A stretch of DNA of 57,332 bases, the filler included, from Sphacelaria rigidula (Eukaryota): the NCBI GenBank assembly GCA_964200075.2. It is 4 parts of 4 records of this genome, joined end to end, with 100 filler letters (N's around TTAATTAATTAA, not from the genome) between each part and the next. Parts side by side here need not be neighbours in the genome. Positions count along the whole stretch, not along the records: positions 28,723 to 42,979 come from CAXNAA020002354.1; positions 43,080 to 57,332 come from CAXNAA020002355.1; 2 more parts are not named here. One strand, given 5' to 3'. Below the pieces are notes generated by a model that worked only from the letters and a program-made list of their open reading frames with translations, was not told the origin of the DNA and made no database searches. The first letter of the stretch is position 1; each line of letters opens with the position of its first letter. Position numbers and translations under genes: made by a program. Positions 36,201 to 48,756 of the stretch are shown here, in pieces.

Positions 36201-39200
36201 CTCTCATCTCGTTTGTTCATTGCACGTTACCCCTCAAACACGTGCAAAATACTTACTCGCCGGAAACACCTACATGCTGCTGTTGGTTGGCTTCGCTGTA
36301 TTCAACGCTCGTGGTTGAAGACGATGCCCAATCGAATCCATCCCCGGCGACAACCTCGGACGAAATTGACAAACAACAACAACTTACATTTAAGCTTGTG
36401 CGAACCAAAAAAAAGGGGGGAGGAACTCACGATGAGCCCACGACAGGGTTAGAGTGTAGAGTGTTCTTGTTCTTTTTTGTTATGTTTTTCGGGGGGGGGT
36501 CTTGTTTTCATTATTTATTTATTTTTTTACTGTATTTTTACAGTTATTTTTCTACATTTACGTATCAGGGGGGTACATGGATCGTATATTACCCTTCCTC
36601 TCATCATGGGGAGTACCCCCCCTACGACGCCGCCCCTTTTGTATAGGATCTAGTAAAGGATCGAGTTATATAGGATCTTGTACGGCGCTTGGGGGGGTGG
36701 GAGGTGGTCTGGTACCCTCCTCCTCCCCCTGAGATATTCAAAATAAAAGAGTGGGTATTTAGTTCTGCAAAATATATGTTTCGCGCACCCCTGTTCACAT
36801 GTAAAATAAGCTATCTTAACCAGAGATTCCCGAGTAATGGAAAATTCCCGTCTTGATATCATGCTCACGACAGAGGCGCCCTCCCTCTCCAGCACAGCAC
36901 GTTCATCACAACACAGTCTACGTCCTTCACAAGAAAAGGACGGCACACAAATACCGCTCACACCCGCCTTCGGTTGGGTTGCTCTACTGACTGCACTGCA
37001 CAAGTCTGCACCATGACCTTTTCGCGTGTACATCGGTACGGTTACTGTAATTTTTACATCGCCACTGTGTTCTGCATTCGGGCATTCCATGACCCCCGTC
37101 CTCGATATGGCAAAAACTACGAGACTTGCTTCTAACGCCCGATACGCTTGTACCTTTCGCCATCGCTGCAGATTTGTCTCCATGCTGCATCAATAGGTCC
37201 CGAGTGTCACGGGGTATCGGCGGCGCGGCGCCGCCGAGTGTACGGCTCTCTGCCGTGAATCCCAATTGCTCAAAAGTAGTGCAGACGAACGTACTTGCTT
37301 TTACTTTTCGCTTTTAAATCGGACCAGGATATGTCGACAAATCTTCCAGCGTAGTCTACAGCACGTTTTACATGCGTGTGCCGGGTTCCGTTATAGGCGG
37401 CGCACTGGTGATGACGCACTACTCCTGTTCCTGTTCCATTGGTGTTGGTCCGGCAACCGTAAGATTAGACGCGGTTAGTGGGTGCCCTCGTTTCTGATAT
37501 CGACTTCTTGCGCACGTTTTCCCCTCGCGATGTCTGCAATTAGCCCTTTACAGTTACAGAAGACCATAAGAACTAAAGAACTACGCTGTGGCTTCCAATG
37601 TCCGGATATCCTTGAAAACTGCTTAAGCCGGCCAGGGCGGTTAGATAGTGGATCCCGAATCACTGTATATGCGAGGTCAAGTACCGCAGCAAACATGCAG
37701 GCTGTCAACGCGGGCGGCGCGTTCTCTGTGTACACCGCAACCCCTCTTGCCTTAATTCCGAGCGGTACAACGCTGTTTGGTGCGGTCATGGGAATATCCT
37801 TGCTTTCCTCAGTGACCCCCTGTCTCTCAGGACCTAGATAAAATCCCTGCCCTATATAAATTTTTTTCCGAGAGGACGAAGGGGGGAAGCTTATCTATTT
37901 TGCCGTTTTAAGGCAAACAAGATTTTGACATTTGTGAATAATGTTTTAGATCTTGGTCGGGACCGCAGATCGTGAAGTCCGTGGAACGACCTCAACTTAC
38001 GGGAGTATACCCATGTGTAGTCAGCATGAGGGAATGGACACGATTCTTTCACAAGGGTGCAGACAAATGCAGCAGCATTCGCCAGAGCTTACACTTTCTT
38101 TCGGTTTCACCGCCTGAACGTACATACGACTATTTTCTCTCTGCGCTCTTCAAGATGAGACGCGTACCCTCGTAATCTTTGCACAGACACTCGATGAGGG
38201 TGACAAGGGCAAGTATAGTGTTTTGCCTTTTCTGCATCCACTTGAACTTATTTACACTTTCCACAGAAACTCTTCATACCAAACCCCTTTAATGAAACTT
38301 ATCGGTATTCGTGTAAAAGAAATCACTCCTACAGGTGGCCATTTGCACCGTTTACATCGGTGCGGATATTTTGTGCGCCATTTTCGATGTAGCTGTTAAA
38401 TGTACATGGGGTTCTAGGCCAAAAGTCTCCACATAATTTAGGTCCGGACGTGGACCTTGCTTGGTAGTCCTTCACAATGATCACGACTTTACACTGCCCG
38501 CTTCACCTTTTCTGATATTTTGTTTCTTTATCGTGGTTGTCGGAGCGGGATCTGAATCCCGAATTTCGCAACCATGAATCAACTTGAGATTTATCTTGGT
38601 GTCGCCAAGGATAAAATTATGCTTTCTCCTAGCAAACACTTGCGATATATCGCCGCACATACAGGTGGTCTCTATGCAGCTCCTGAAGAAGTACCGACGC
38701 CTTCCTTGAAGTTGACATATGTTTTACGTAGGTTCTTGCAGACACCTGTGTTATTTTACCGCTTTTATAGGTAGTTTCTGCACAACTTCTGAAGAAATGC
38801 CGACGCCTTCGTGGTTGAAGTTGATGTATGCTGTTCGTAGGTTTTGAATGCATATTCATGATGCTGTCAAACCTTAACCGGGCGTGAAAGTTAGCAAAGA
38901 TGCATCGCTTCGAATACCTTAACGAACCGGATCGCCGTCCTGAGTGCCTCCTCGGGGTTAACTTCGTAGCTCCCAAACGGCATATCGCCAACCACCAACG
39001 GCGTGCGCGCTCCTCGACCAACTGCCTGCAGGGAAAAATTCCATTTCGTGGGAGTGTCGCCAGATGGGAGGTAGCAGCCGGAAAAACGATATTTCTCAAC
39101 TTATAAGATGTGATAAATTCATCCCCGATCGATGAACTGACAAAAGCAATCGCGGTCTGTGTTGAAATGGACGAAAGCACACTCAGGGAAATCCCAACAA

Positions 39201-40584
39201 GCGGATTCAGTCGGCATCCAAACCCCGCATAGTTCACTTGCAGCGCTGTTTTTACCTCTGCGGCGAAACGGCGAAACGGCAAAACAAATGCCGCACGCTG
39301 GGTGCGCTGAAATGGACAGGTGGCATGGACTGGCATGTTCACGGCGGATAAACCCACAATGGCCACTACGGCCTGCCTGGAAAACGGACGACACTGCACC
39401 CGGGCAAATCACACGGAGCGAATTCAGTGAGGATTCCAACCCCGTATAGTTCAAAATGAGTGCTCTCTTCGCCCTCACGGCGAAACGGCGACACAAATGC
39501 CGCACGTATGTGCGCTGAAATGGACAGGTGGCACGTGCTGGTACCCCGGAACGTCCACGGCGGATAAACCGATAATGATAACCACAGCCTGCGTGGAAAC
39601 AGACGACACTGCACCCGGGCAAATCAGACGGAGCGTGTTCGGTCAGTACCCAAGCCCCGTATATAAACCGCAAGGAGTGCTCTTATCGCCCTCACGGCGA
39701 AACGGCAAGAATATTGCTCCACGACGTGTGCGCTGAAGTGGACAGGTCGCATGTACAGGGACACCGAGAACATTCACGGTATCTGGAGCGTGCGCGCAGC
39801 AACTGCCTTCTCTCACACATGCGTTTCCGTAAGATGACCGTAAAAATTTTGGCAGGAATGGAATTCGCCAATGGTATTTCACCGTCTATGAGCGCAAAAA
39901 TATCACACTCGAATACAGCAAAGACATGCGACGGTAAACTTCACGCACATGCACGAGAAATTCTCACTTATTTAATAAGCTGGCGTCACCGTACATTGTA
40001 TTGTACTGAACATCAATAAACTAGAATCGCAGTCTTCTGCGTATTCTCGTTGGCTTCATCACGACCTATCATGAAATCACATTGGTCACCTGGCAATGGT
40101 GCAGCATCTCGTCCACAGTGACGGGCTGCGTCGTATCATATCCCAGCTCCACCATGCCAACCGAGTCGCCGACAAGCAAGATATCTATCCCAGCGCGACA
40201 AACATGCACCGCCGACGGATAATCGTAGGCCGTCACCATCGTAATCTTCCGCTTTCCACGCCTGCGGATCTTGACGACGTCCATCACACTCTTTTTCCGA
40301 GGTACCATCACCGGCACTGGTGGCTGTGGCGACTGCACCGAGTGCGGTGCCGAGCTGCCATTTGATATTGGTGCACCTGGATCGGCTGGTGGGGTAGTCG
40401 GTGTCGGCGAGAGATGAGGTGTTGTAGGCCCTGGTGAAGCTAGCCTGGTTTGAGTTAGTTGTGGGGAGGTTCTAGAGGCAGCCTGTGCTTTCGGCACGAT
40501 CAGCGAATAACAACGTGAGAAATGAGATTTTAGAGGCCTATATGATTGTCTTAGGGCTGCGGCTGTTCTCAGGGTCGACGGCAT
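33102..40584 (-). CDS. panB: 3-methyl-2-oxobutanoate (ketopantoate) hydroxymethyltransferase, 7 exons, about 428 aa, probable mitochondrial presequence
   Basis: Exons 40584-40090, 39025-38918, 35781-35660, 35192-34994, 34569-34471, 33966-33844 and 33242-33102. All introns are GT-AG and phase-consistent. Motifs [75 protein letters not shown] and EVEQGSFP. The N-terminus is R/S/A-rich and poor in acidic residues. Confidence 0.95.
33684..33784. mobile_element. Degenerate piggyBac-type MITE in panB intron 6
   Basis: TTAG|CCCTCAGACCGCG...CGCGGCGGAGGG|TGAA. The internal sequence is the reverse complement of the 15985 and 19073 copies. Confidence 0.75.
33844..33966 (-). CDS. panB: panB exon 6
   Basis: [41 protein letters not shown]. 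Confidence 0.9.
34471..34569 (-). CDS. panB: panB exon 5
   Basis: [33 protein letters not shown]. Confidence 0.93.
34994..35192 (-). CDS. panB: panB exon 4
   Basis: (S)[12 protein letters not shown]...[14 protein letters not shown]. Confidence 0.93.
35660..35781 (-). CDS. panB: panB exon 3
   Basis: [12 protein letters not shown]...[10 protein letters not shown], ending in phase 2. Confidence 0.93.
38918..39025 (-). CDS. panB: panB exon 2
   Basis: [40 protein letters not shown], translated by hand; not in the ORF track. Confidence 0.93.
39150..39790. repeat. Three diverged ~215-bp tandem units in panB intron 1
   Basis: CGGCGAAACGGC recurs at ~39261, 39478 and 39695; GCGCTGAA(A/G)TGGACAGGT at ~39304, 39512 and 39730. 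Confidence 0.85.
40090..40584 (-). CDS. panB: panB exon 1
   Basis: ATG to ...EMLHHCQ|GT; contains TAYDY and LVGDS. Confidence 0.95.
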
Positions 40585-41093
40585 TGCAACAGCTGCACGC
40601 CGGTGGCGACGTGCTGCGTTCAGATATTTGAAACGCAGGTCTGATCGATCGCGTACTCTATCGTCATACTTAGTATGAGAACATCAAGACTACTGTCATA
40701 ATACATAGTATAAGCAACATGCTGAAATTCCTCGCAACTTTAATTATTTTCGTACATTGCTCCATGCAACACGGTCTCGTCTCCCCCCTCGGCGCGGCTC
40801 TAACCCAGCCCAGCGGTCATCCACTCCGCAAAAATTCGCATCCGAGAGTGATCAAAGGGATAGCTATATATTGCTACCGATCGTTCTACAGTCAGGAAAA
40901 TGCTGGACACTTGAGTGTTCCAAGCACGACAGCAGCAGCGCACGGTGCAACGCATTATTGATGCACACCTAGCACCAGTAAAGTCGTGCGGTGAATTCTT
41001 ACGGTGCAGTACATCGATCTAGCTGCAACAAAGTCACATAACACCAACACCAACGGCAACGACAACAACGCCACCTTCACCAACAGCAGCGTC
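40585..41093. promoter_or_regulatory. Putative bidirectional promoter region, panB / HIRA
   Basis: 509 bp between divergent start codons, within one contig. No specific element identified. Confidence 0.55.
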
Positions 41094-42430
41094 ATGATTC
41101 TGGACAAACCGTTCAACGTGGGCCACTTCGGCGAGAAGGGCCAGATCTGCGTGATCTACTCGACAGATGTCCACCCGGACGGCACTCGCTTCGCCACAGG
41201 GGGCGGCGACCACCGCGTCAAGATCTGGTCGATGTCGCCGTTCACAACAACAGCACCAAGCACCGCCACCGCCGCGGCCACTGCCGATCGACCGGTGCAC
41301 CAACAAGTTCAAGACAAGCTGAGGCTACTCGCAGATCTCCCTCAGCATACGGCAAGCGTGCAGTGCGTGCGATGGAGTCATGATGGCAGATATCTAGCGT
41401 CTGCCTCGGATGATCACTATGTGCTCATATGGGAGCTACGCCCAGGCGCAGCATCGTCCGCGCCTTTCGGCTCAAGCGACGCGCCCAATGTGGAGAATTG
41501 GACCAGGGTTTGGGTGCTGAGGGGACATACAATGGATGTGCTAGACTGTGCTTGGTGAGTGATATGCGCGTAGTTGTGGTGCTGTTGGCGTTCGGGTGAC
41601 ACATTTTGAAGTTTAGACTCATGTGACTCTTTTGGTGGGGTTTGAGAGGTATACCGCTTTTTTTCAAATCCAGACTGTTTGATGTGGAATCGTCCAGCAC
41701 GAAGCCCGGAAAGAGGAGCGCCCACTTCATTGTATGCTTGTTGTTGAGGCTGTCTTGCTCAAGGCCATCGCACCGCCGATGTGCATTGGTGGTGTGTGCA
41801 ACATAATAGTAGAGTTGTGAGGTTCATAGAGGTTCCCGGTTGACGTGCGACCCGCGTCGGGTCTGTTGACTGTTGACGAGTGGGGCCAAACGGTTGAACC
41901 GTGTTCGTTGAAAGTAACTAAAATTATTCCGAAAATCCGATGTGACAGTCTCGCCGACAGTAGAATCAATTCTGGGCCAATCAAAGTCGTATTTATCTCC
42001 GTTTGGCAGAAAACTATTGTATACAATTGAGAGATATGACAAGTTATTGCGGTTCGCGCATATGAGTTGTATAAACTTAGGTGGCTATGCGATGCAAATT
42101 CACGATGTGCTAGCGGTGTCAAGCACCCTCCGAAAACTCTCGGCACTTGCCCCGAGAGAGAGAGTAAAATCTCAGCATTCGCGGGTAACCGACCTTGCTC
42201 CTTTTGTAGTGAATGCTCACTGCTGCCCGTGTATGCCCATCTTCCTCCCGTTTGTTATTAATCTTAGGTCAGCAGATGATTCTATGGTCGCCTCGTGCAG
42301 TATAGACAACACAGTCATCGTTTGGCGAATGCCCGCGGCAAGCAGTGGGCAAGCGGGAGCGGCATCGATGAGCGGGAGCTTATCAATTGCCCCTTTCCGG
42401 ACGCTACGGAAACACAAAAGCTTTGTAAAG
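41094..42430 (+). CDS. HIRA: Histone chaperone HIRA (WD40), 5' part: exons 41094-41554 and 42268-42430; the remainder is outside this contig
   Basis: MILDKP...IYSTDVHPDGTRFATGGGDHRVKIW, HTASVQCVRWSHDGRYLASASDD, NVENW...LRGHTMDVLDCAW|SADDSMVASCSIDNTVIVW...HKSFVK match the HIRA/Hir1 N-terminus. A phase-2 GT-AG intron splits the Trp codon. Confidence 0.92.
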
Positions 42431-42979
42431 GTAGCTGTTGTATAGGCTCAACCATGTTTTGGTCGATTCCCCCCCCCCCTCCTTATTTTTCGGGTGAGTT
42501 TTCTCGTTTTTGCGTCTGTGGTGCGCGTGGAAGGGAGGGCGTACTATGTCCGAAATCACTTTTTTTGGTACACTTTCAACCCCTCCCCTTCATGAGTCCA
42601 TGGTCTGAAAGGGTCAACCCAACTCTCCCCCGGTACACGCCTTGCATTTTGGCTCCGCGGAGCAGATCAGCACTCCCGCATCGCGTCGACTTTCTTCAAA
42701 TGAATTATTTTTGGTACTCAGGTTCTCACGTTTTCAACGACGGGAATCATATATTTTACTGGAGAAAGACTTCGTGACATGATTATCAACCCTTTTGGGA
42801 CTGAAGCTCACTAATACCACGTTCACGACGTGTTAGTAAAATAACAATATACAAGTCTGGGAGCGACCTCTCCAATCAGGGCGAGGCGAAATTTATCGAC
42901 CACATCAGAACGACCAGTGGGGGGGGGCTGTTGCCGGGAGTGACGTCACTGCAAGGTTGATGTACCCTGTCCCTGGCCC

Positions 42980-43079
42980 NNNNNNNNNNNNNNNNNNNNN
43001 NNNNNNNNNNNNNNNNNNNNNNNTTAATTAATTAANNNNNNNNNNNNNNNNNNNNNNNNNNNNNNNNNNNNNNNNNNNN
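42980..43079. other. Assembly spacer (N44-TTAATTAATTAA-N44)
   Basis: 100-bp gap containing the six-frame stop linker. Confidence 0.98.
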
Positions 43080-43173
43080 TAGGATGACTCCCTCCCAATC
43101 TCGAAAATTCCATTTTGTTTTTGAAAATTCCAAATTATTTTGGTACAAAATCTGTAATTTCATTTATTTTATA

Positions 43174-43400
43174 TAGCTTGTCCTGCTGTCCGAGATAAAT
43201 TCCGTTTTGCCCGATTCAAATCGGGCAAGAAGGAATTTGTGTCGGGCAGCAGGACAAGCTATTCAAAACAGATCCTTTTCTCGCCCAATTGATTTAGGCA
43301 AAAAAAAAGGATTTATTTCGAACAGCAGGAGAACCTATTCAAAATAGATTTTTTTTCGCCCATTTAAATTGGGCAAAAAAAGGATTTATGTCTAACAGCT
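43174..43400. repeat. Palindrome (43174-43261) followed by ~75-bp tandem derivatives
   Basis: TAGCTTGTCCTGCTG...TTGCCCGATTCAAATCGGGCAA...CAGCAGGACAAGCTA, then two related GCCCA...GGCAAAAAA...GGATTTAT units. Confidence 0.75.
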
Positions 43401-44077
43401 TTTTCCGCCGCACAAATTTCATGCACACTGGCAGATTTGGAATATGAACAGCAGAAGAAGCTCGAAGTAAATCTTCACTTTGCCCTCCAATTCATCTGAA
43501 AATTAGGCAAAATAAATTATTGCGAACAGCATCAGCTGAGCATATCCCGCATACTGCACCGTCATCAGGGTATGGGATCCGACACGCAGAAAAAGTTGTT
43601 GAAAGTAATTCATCCTTTTGCCCCCCAGTTCATGTACCAATTGGGCTAAGGGATGAATAATTCTCAATAGCTCTTGCTGAATAGAGATCCAACACACAGC
43701 TTACGAGTGTATGTCCACACGCCTACAAGCTTAGATACGACGCTTCGGCTCCAGGCGTGGATGCTGGGATGACGGTATATACCTCGCATATGAATCCACA
43801 TAGCTAATAAAAACCCCGTGGTCCAGTGTCTACCAAAATCACTCAATTGAGCATGCTTTTGTTTATGGAGGTTTTCGCTTGATAGTTATTAGAAGCACAA
43901 AATATTAAACATGTCAATAGTGAATCAGGTAGCTCAATATGCATCTCATCGCGCTCCCGAGCACACAATCGTGAGATTAATTCTTACCACTTCGATTTCT
44001 CGACCATTTTTTCTGCCAGAATCATGTCCATCTTGTATGGAGTATAGTGTATGTGCGCTATAAAGGCTATACAGCAT

Positions 44078-44329
44078 GAGTGATGCTACGGTAGTGTTGC
44101 ACTTCTTGAGCGAAAATGTTTCTGGGGGTGTTGCACGGATCATTTTGGTAATCAGCATCATTTTCACTTGAAAATACTGAAAATGATGCCGATTCACGAA
44201 ACATCCCCTGCATGAATCTCCATGTCCGGTCCCCGGATATTTGGGTCGCACAGTAAGCCCAATACATTTGGGCTCCTACAAAAATGAGATCCAGAAACGA
44301 AAGGTGCAATCCGTATCGTAGCATTGCTC
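44078..44329. mobile_element. MITE, GAG-terminus family (Sola2-like signature)
   Basis: GAGTGATGCTACGGTA...TATCGTAGCATTGCTC with an exact 4-bp TSD GCAT. Confidence 0.88.
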
Positions 44330-44369
44330 GCATATTGACAACAATGAACAGTACACGAGGTGACGACAC

Positions 44370-44537
44370 CCTGTGAAGCGTACGGTGCGGCGTGAAAGAA
44401 AAAATTACAGCCAAATCCCCGCGACAAACACTGCACAATGTCCCTGAAATCCTGTGAAGCGTACTGTGTGGCGCAAAAAAACACCCTATAGCCAAATCTC
44501 CGCGAGAAACACTGCACAGTTTCCCTGAATCCTGTAG
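44370..44537. repeat. Two ~80-bp tandem repeats
   Basis: CCTGTGAAGCGTAC...AGCCAAATC...AAACACTGCACA...TCCCTGAA occurs twice. Confidence 0.8.
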
Positions 44538-45452
44538 ACGTGCCCCACAGGATGCTATCTGTCCACGTGTTCAAGCAGTTGGGTTGCACCGGAAAGTCAC
44601 CAGGGAATTCGGTTCAAACAGCACTGTATCATACGAAACACAGACTCACTTCAGCGTGCAGAGAAGTGCTCTTAGCTTGCTCGCAAGCGAGATATCTGCA
44701 AGTGGTCGGCTGATAGCTTTGCTATTAGGCGCTGCTACTGGGTAGCTACAGGAGAGTTGCCGGGTAGCTCGAAGTTATGACAGACCGGATGCGCAACACA
44801 TCAACCTGGAACACAACACTAATATGCGAATGGAATACGACCTATTGCACATGCCACGCGTGCTTCAAAACGCCTTCTACATGTACTGCCTGTATCCGCC
44901 GTAACAGTTCGTGCGCAGTGTCGATCACAGCAGCAATCAGTACATTTTATGTCCCGTACTTGTGCGTAGATCTGTACTGTGAAGACCGATGCACGCACAC
45001 AGAGCAACTATTGTCCATTATCCATCTATTAGGGGTGTACCCCCCCTCCCCAAAGAAGGTACCCAGGAGTCCCCCCCGTCCCCCCCTAGGGTCCCAGAAC
45101 GAGGTTTGGGCGACCTGAAGGGGGTGGTGGTGCCGTCATTTCCCCATATGGGGCTCCTCGGCCCAGCGTGCAGCTGCTTGACGCTTGGCACTGTCTCCTG
45201 TCTGCCCGAGAAACAGCAGTTTGCAACTCATAGTCTATGGCGTACCGGGAAGCAAGTCCTGTACGTGTACTTGAAAACAGGCATGGTAGTGGCTGGGATC
45301 GGTGCGGGACGACCTAGCGGGAACTTTCCGGGAAACGGCTCGCGTCTCAGTGCCGGCTTGCTGTGGGTCCTTGCGAATGTAGGGCGACAGCGATAAAACG
45401 AATGCGATATATGCGTCAATACAACTTCACGCTTACGTGCAACGACACATCA

Positions 45453-45698
45453 GACTGCTGCCGAGATAGCCCCCCCCGAACCGGCCAAAAACGTGCATGG
45501 AGGCGATTATCATAAACGCCGTTAGAGCTGGTTTGGTGTTCCACGACGCGACTCATTTGGGCGTTACAGCTAATTTCGGACTCTACACGCCTTTCATGTG
45601 AGCGAAATTGCTGCAAACGAGCCCAATAGTAGGATCACAGCTGGTTTGTTGGACGGCTCTATTGCCCTTTTTGTCAGGGGGCTATCTCGGCATTAGTC
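45453..45698. mobile_element. MITE with GACTnnTGCCGAGATAGC TIRs, copy 2 (inverted relative to 1898-2148)
   Basis: GACTGCTGCCGAGATAGCCCC...GGGGCTATCTCGGCATTAGTC with an exact 4-bp TSD ATCA. Confidence 0.9.
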
Positions 45699-46679
45699 AT
45701 CACCATACCCCGGGTGCGTGCGGCGGACCTTCATTATAGAGTAGAGGGGCCCAGCCGAGACCGCTACGGGTTCACCGCCGGAGTCCAAGACCGCAACGTC
45801 ACGAACACGGAAATGAATTGAAACTGGAAGTGCCCTAGACACAGGGCAATCTATTTCACGAAGTGAATTCGGTTTCTGCTGCGGGTAAAGTTCGACTAAC
45901 CGTTTTTTGCGACTCGAGTTTTGCGACATGATTTTCGCGACTTGATTTCGGCGACTCGATTTTCGCGACATTTCGTTTGCTGGATTTTTCCACTCTGAAA
46001 CCCCTATTGATATCGTTTTTTTGAGAAGAACTTGGTCAACAGAAACCAAACGCATCTTGTTCCAAGGGGCACCTGGACACACAGCAGTTGCTGCTGCCTA
46101 CCTAGTACCATCCTCCACATCGGAGTATCGAGTGAGAACGCCCAGTGTTTGGTGCCCATGTACAAAGATGATCTATATCTAGTATCATGCTCCAAAACGT
46201 ATCCGACGAGGGGGCAACATCCATGTTCAGACCGTAGCAATCCTAGCGGATCCTGCGTCCTGACAGTCTGGCAGCCGGTAAGGTGGTTATGGTAGTATCC
46301 TTCTAGCGATATCAACTTACAGTGCACTGTACCAGAGGTTGCGGGTGAAAAATTCGGCGATTGCCTCACCTGCAGTTCGCCCAGATGTTGCGGATTGTTT
46401 GACGATCTCACTGAGTAACATTACACACATTTGTATGTGGAAACTTATCGGATCCTCCATTACATCATAAGTGGAGATGTATCAGACCTCGCATTATATG
46501 TGGAAATGTACCCAACCGTGCACAAAGATTTCTACGGTCAGTACGAACACGATGTTGAAAGTGTATTGTGCACAGTCAGTGTGTTGTGTGTGTTGTCGTC
46601 CCATCTATTCTGGACGCCGGTCTCCACCTTTCGGTATATGTGGTGGGCGCACCAGCAGCGGCTGCGTTACCATTCGTGT

Positions 46680-48756
46680 TGGTGCTTCCGAAATGAAGTG
46701 CGCTCCCTCCCCTTGAGCTCTGACGTCAATCATGAATGCTTGTGATTTCCAACGACCCGCCCTCTAAATTTGCAGGGGGGTTGCTCCTTGCGCTGCTAGT
46801 TTTGAAGCTCCCCCAATCCTTCCCGAGTGGAGGGCGTACTGCCTGGGGTCTTTCCCCGCGCGACTTGCTAACTGGCGTAAAGCCGCGGTAGCTTCGTTGC
46901 GCGTGATCACTCCTCACGCCCTTTCACTCCAGGTCTGCATCAGTGGCGCTTGTGCGCCTAGGCTAGGGTAATACGCGACTAATTCAAGCAGTAATTTTCC
47001 TGCCAACCCCTTCAAGTTGGCCTGAAACTTGAACGAATTTCATATCTCCTTTGGTGAGACGAAATTTGAAATGTACTAAGCCGGTGTTGTATACCCAGAT
47101 TTCTGAGGCTCCACACCGAAGAAAATACGACAGCGCCAAACCGATCTACTTGATGCGCTCTTCCACCGACTCCGCACTTCTTGACCCGTTCGCATTCAAG
47201 ATGTCTATCGTGAAGGGTTCCTCACTCTCCTCTCGACGTCATCTCTCCTATGCATCCTGTCAATGCCCTTGTATATCGCGTTTAACATACAGTGACGAGT
47301 GGGTAACTCCCACCCCGACAACATCTCCTGAAAATATCGAATATCAGACAGATATTATCGTACTGTCGAGCTCTGGTTCCCGTGGCAGCAAACCCTATTC
47401 GTCATGAACGTAGTGAGGGGGGTCACTGCGACCAGCTCTCCGTCTTCTTCTCGTAAGAAGGCCTGCTCCCCCCAAGCTTCTCTCCATTTTACCCATGTCT
47501 CGAATTGCCTCATGTAGCCCTTTTTGGTACTGCTACCCACGGATGCGGGAGCTAACGTTCGTACTGGCTCTTGCTCGTCATGTAAGTGACCGTGTTGTTG
47601 TCCTGATGAGTATTGAGGGGGATAGAAAATGGGGGAAGGAAGGCATGAGGACAAACGGGGCGGCGCAAGTGGCGATTGTATCCGTTGCTAATTCATGTCT
47701 TCCTCGATGATTGACCACAAGTCATCGTCTCGTCGTCTTTTCGGCAGCGGTTCTTGGAGGACCACCTCAAATATAGTTTCGCCCCGGAGATCGATGCCGT
47801 AATATTCCAACCCCATCTTCCTGTTAATTGCTTAACCTTGTATTGAACTTGGTCCGCTGGCCGTCTTGAAATTCCGTCGGCCAAGACATTGTCAATACCT
47901 CCGACGTGTTTTGCTATCGGACACCATCCAAATGTAATTTCCATACCACTCATCATTTTCATGAGGAAACCAGCCCGTCCGTCTCGAGAACTCCCGCATC
48001 GGTTCACCCACGATACTGCTGTGGCGTTGTCACCCCGCATCAATACTGGTTCTCCTGGTTCTGTGGGTTTCCCCCTAAGAATCATCTGGATAACGCACGC
48101 CGTCATCATCATGCCGCACAACCCTATAAGATTGATCGTGATGGAACAATTTTCTCTGACTTTTGCTTTTTGGACTTTTCCCGACGTAAAGGCGGGGAGA
48201 AAGGTGCATCACCAGAATACCTTCAACTCTGGGCAGTATCCTCCAACAGCACTGAAGCTGGCGTCCGAAAAATAGCGTCGTGAGGTCAGCCGACCTACCT
48301 GGGAGGACAGGGAGGCGCTGAGCGCTTCTCCTTGGGTAAGTAATCAATGATCGATTGCCCATTTTCAAAAGTAGATATCACCATTGAATTCCCACCCCAG
48401 CTTCAGTTGTTTTCTGTTGTCCTGTTTTCTACGACCGGCTTGATTTAAACCGGATACTCGTAACAGCTGCTGAACAAAATATTTACCGGCTCGGACAACG
48501 TAGGTGAGGTTGCATAATTTTCCGGCCACACTCAGTGTGTCAGCGACGGAAGCATGTACGACTTGTCCTGGGGCCATTCGTTTTTTAACAAGTCGCGGAT
48601 GTTTGGATCTTTTGGGTGGGTAGAGAAATACGCATGCTGTGAATGTTGATCGTGTACCCCAACGTCTTCGCAGAGGTATCCCAATCGGTACTTTTACTGG
48701 GTGCTAGGATTGAAGTTTCACCGCGTTCGCCTGGTCCGAATAATCTCAGTGGGTCA
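46680..48756 (-). mobile_element. Tyrosine-recombinase (DIRS/Ngaro-like) retrotransposon, 3' part: RT C-terminus, RNase H and recombinase, decayed
   Basis: RT tail ILAPSKSTDW...LGYTIN. RNase H RGDNATAVSWVN...KHVGGIDNVLADGISR. Recombinase N-domain STKKGYMRQFETW and C-terminal YALHSGRIG...RAGRWKSQAFMIDVR, where the expected catalytic Tyr reads Asp. Confidence 0.88.

Noticed and set aside
38629..39399. 256-aa minus-strand ORF inside panB
   Set aside because: It runs through an intronic tandem repeat and overlaps true exon 2 in a different frame.
41004..41093. N-terminal extension of HIRA in the ORF track
   Set aside because: It starts at GTG. The first ATG at 41094 matches the normal HIRA start (MILDKP), so the upstream part is likely 5' UTR.
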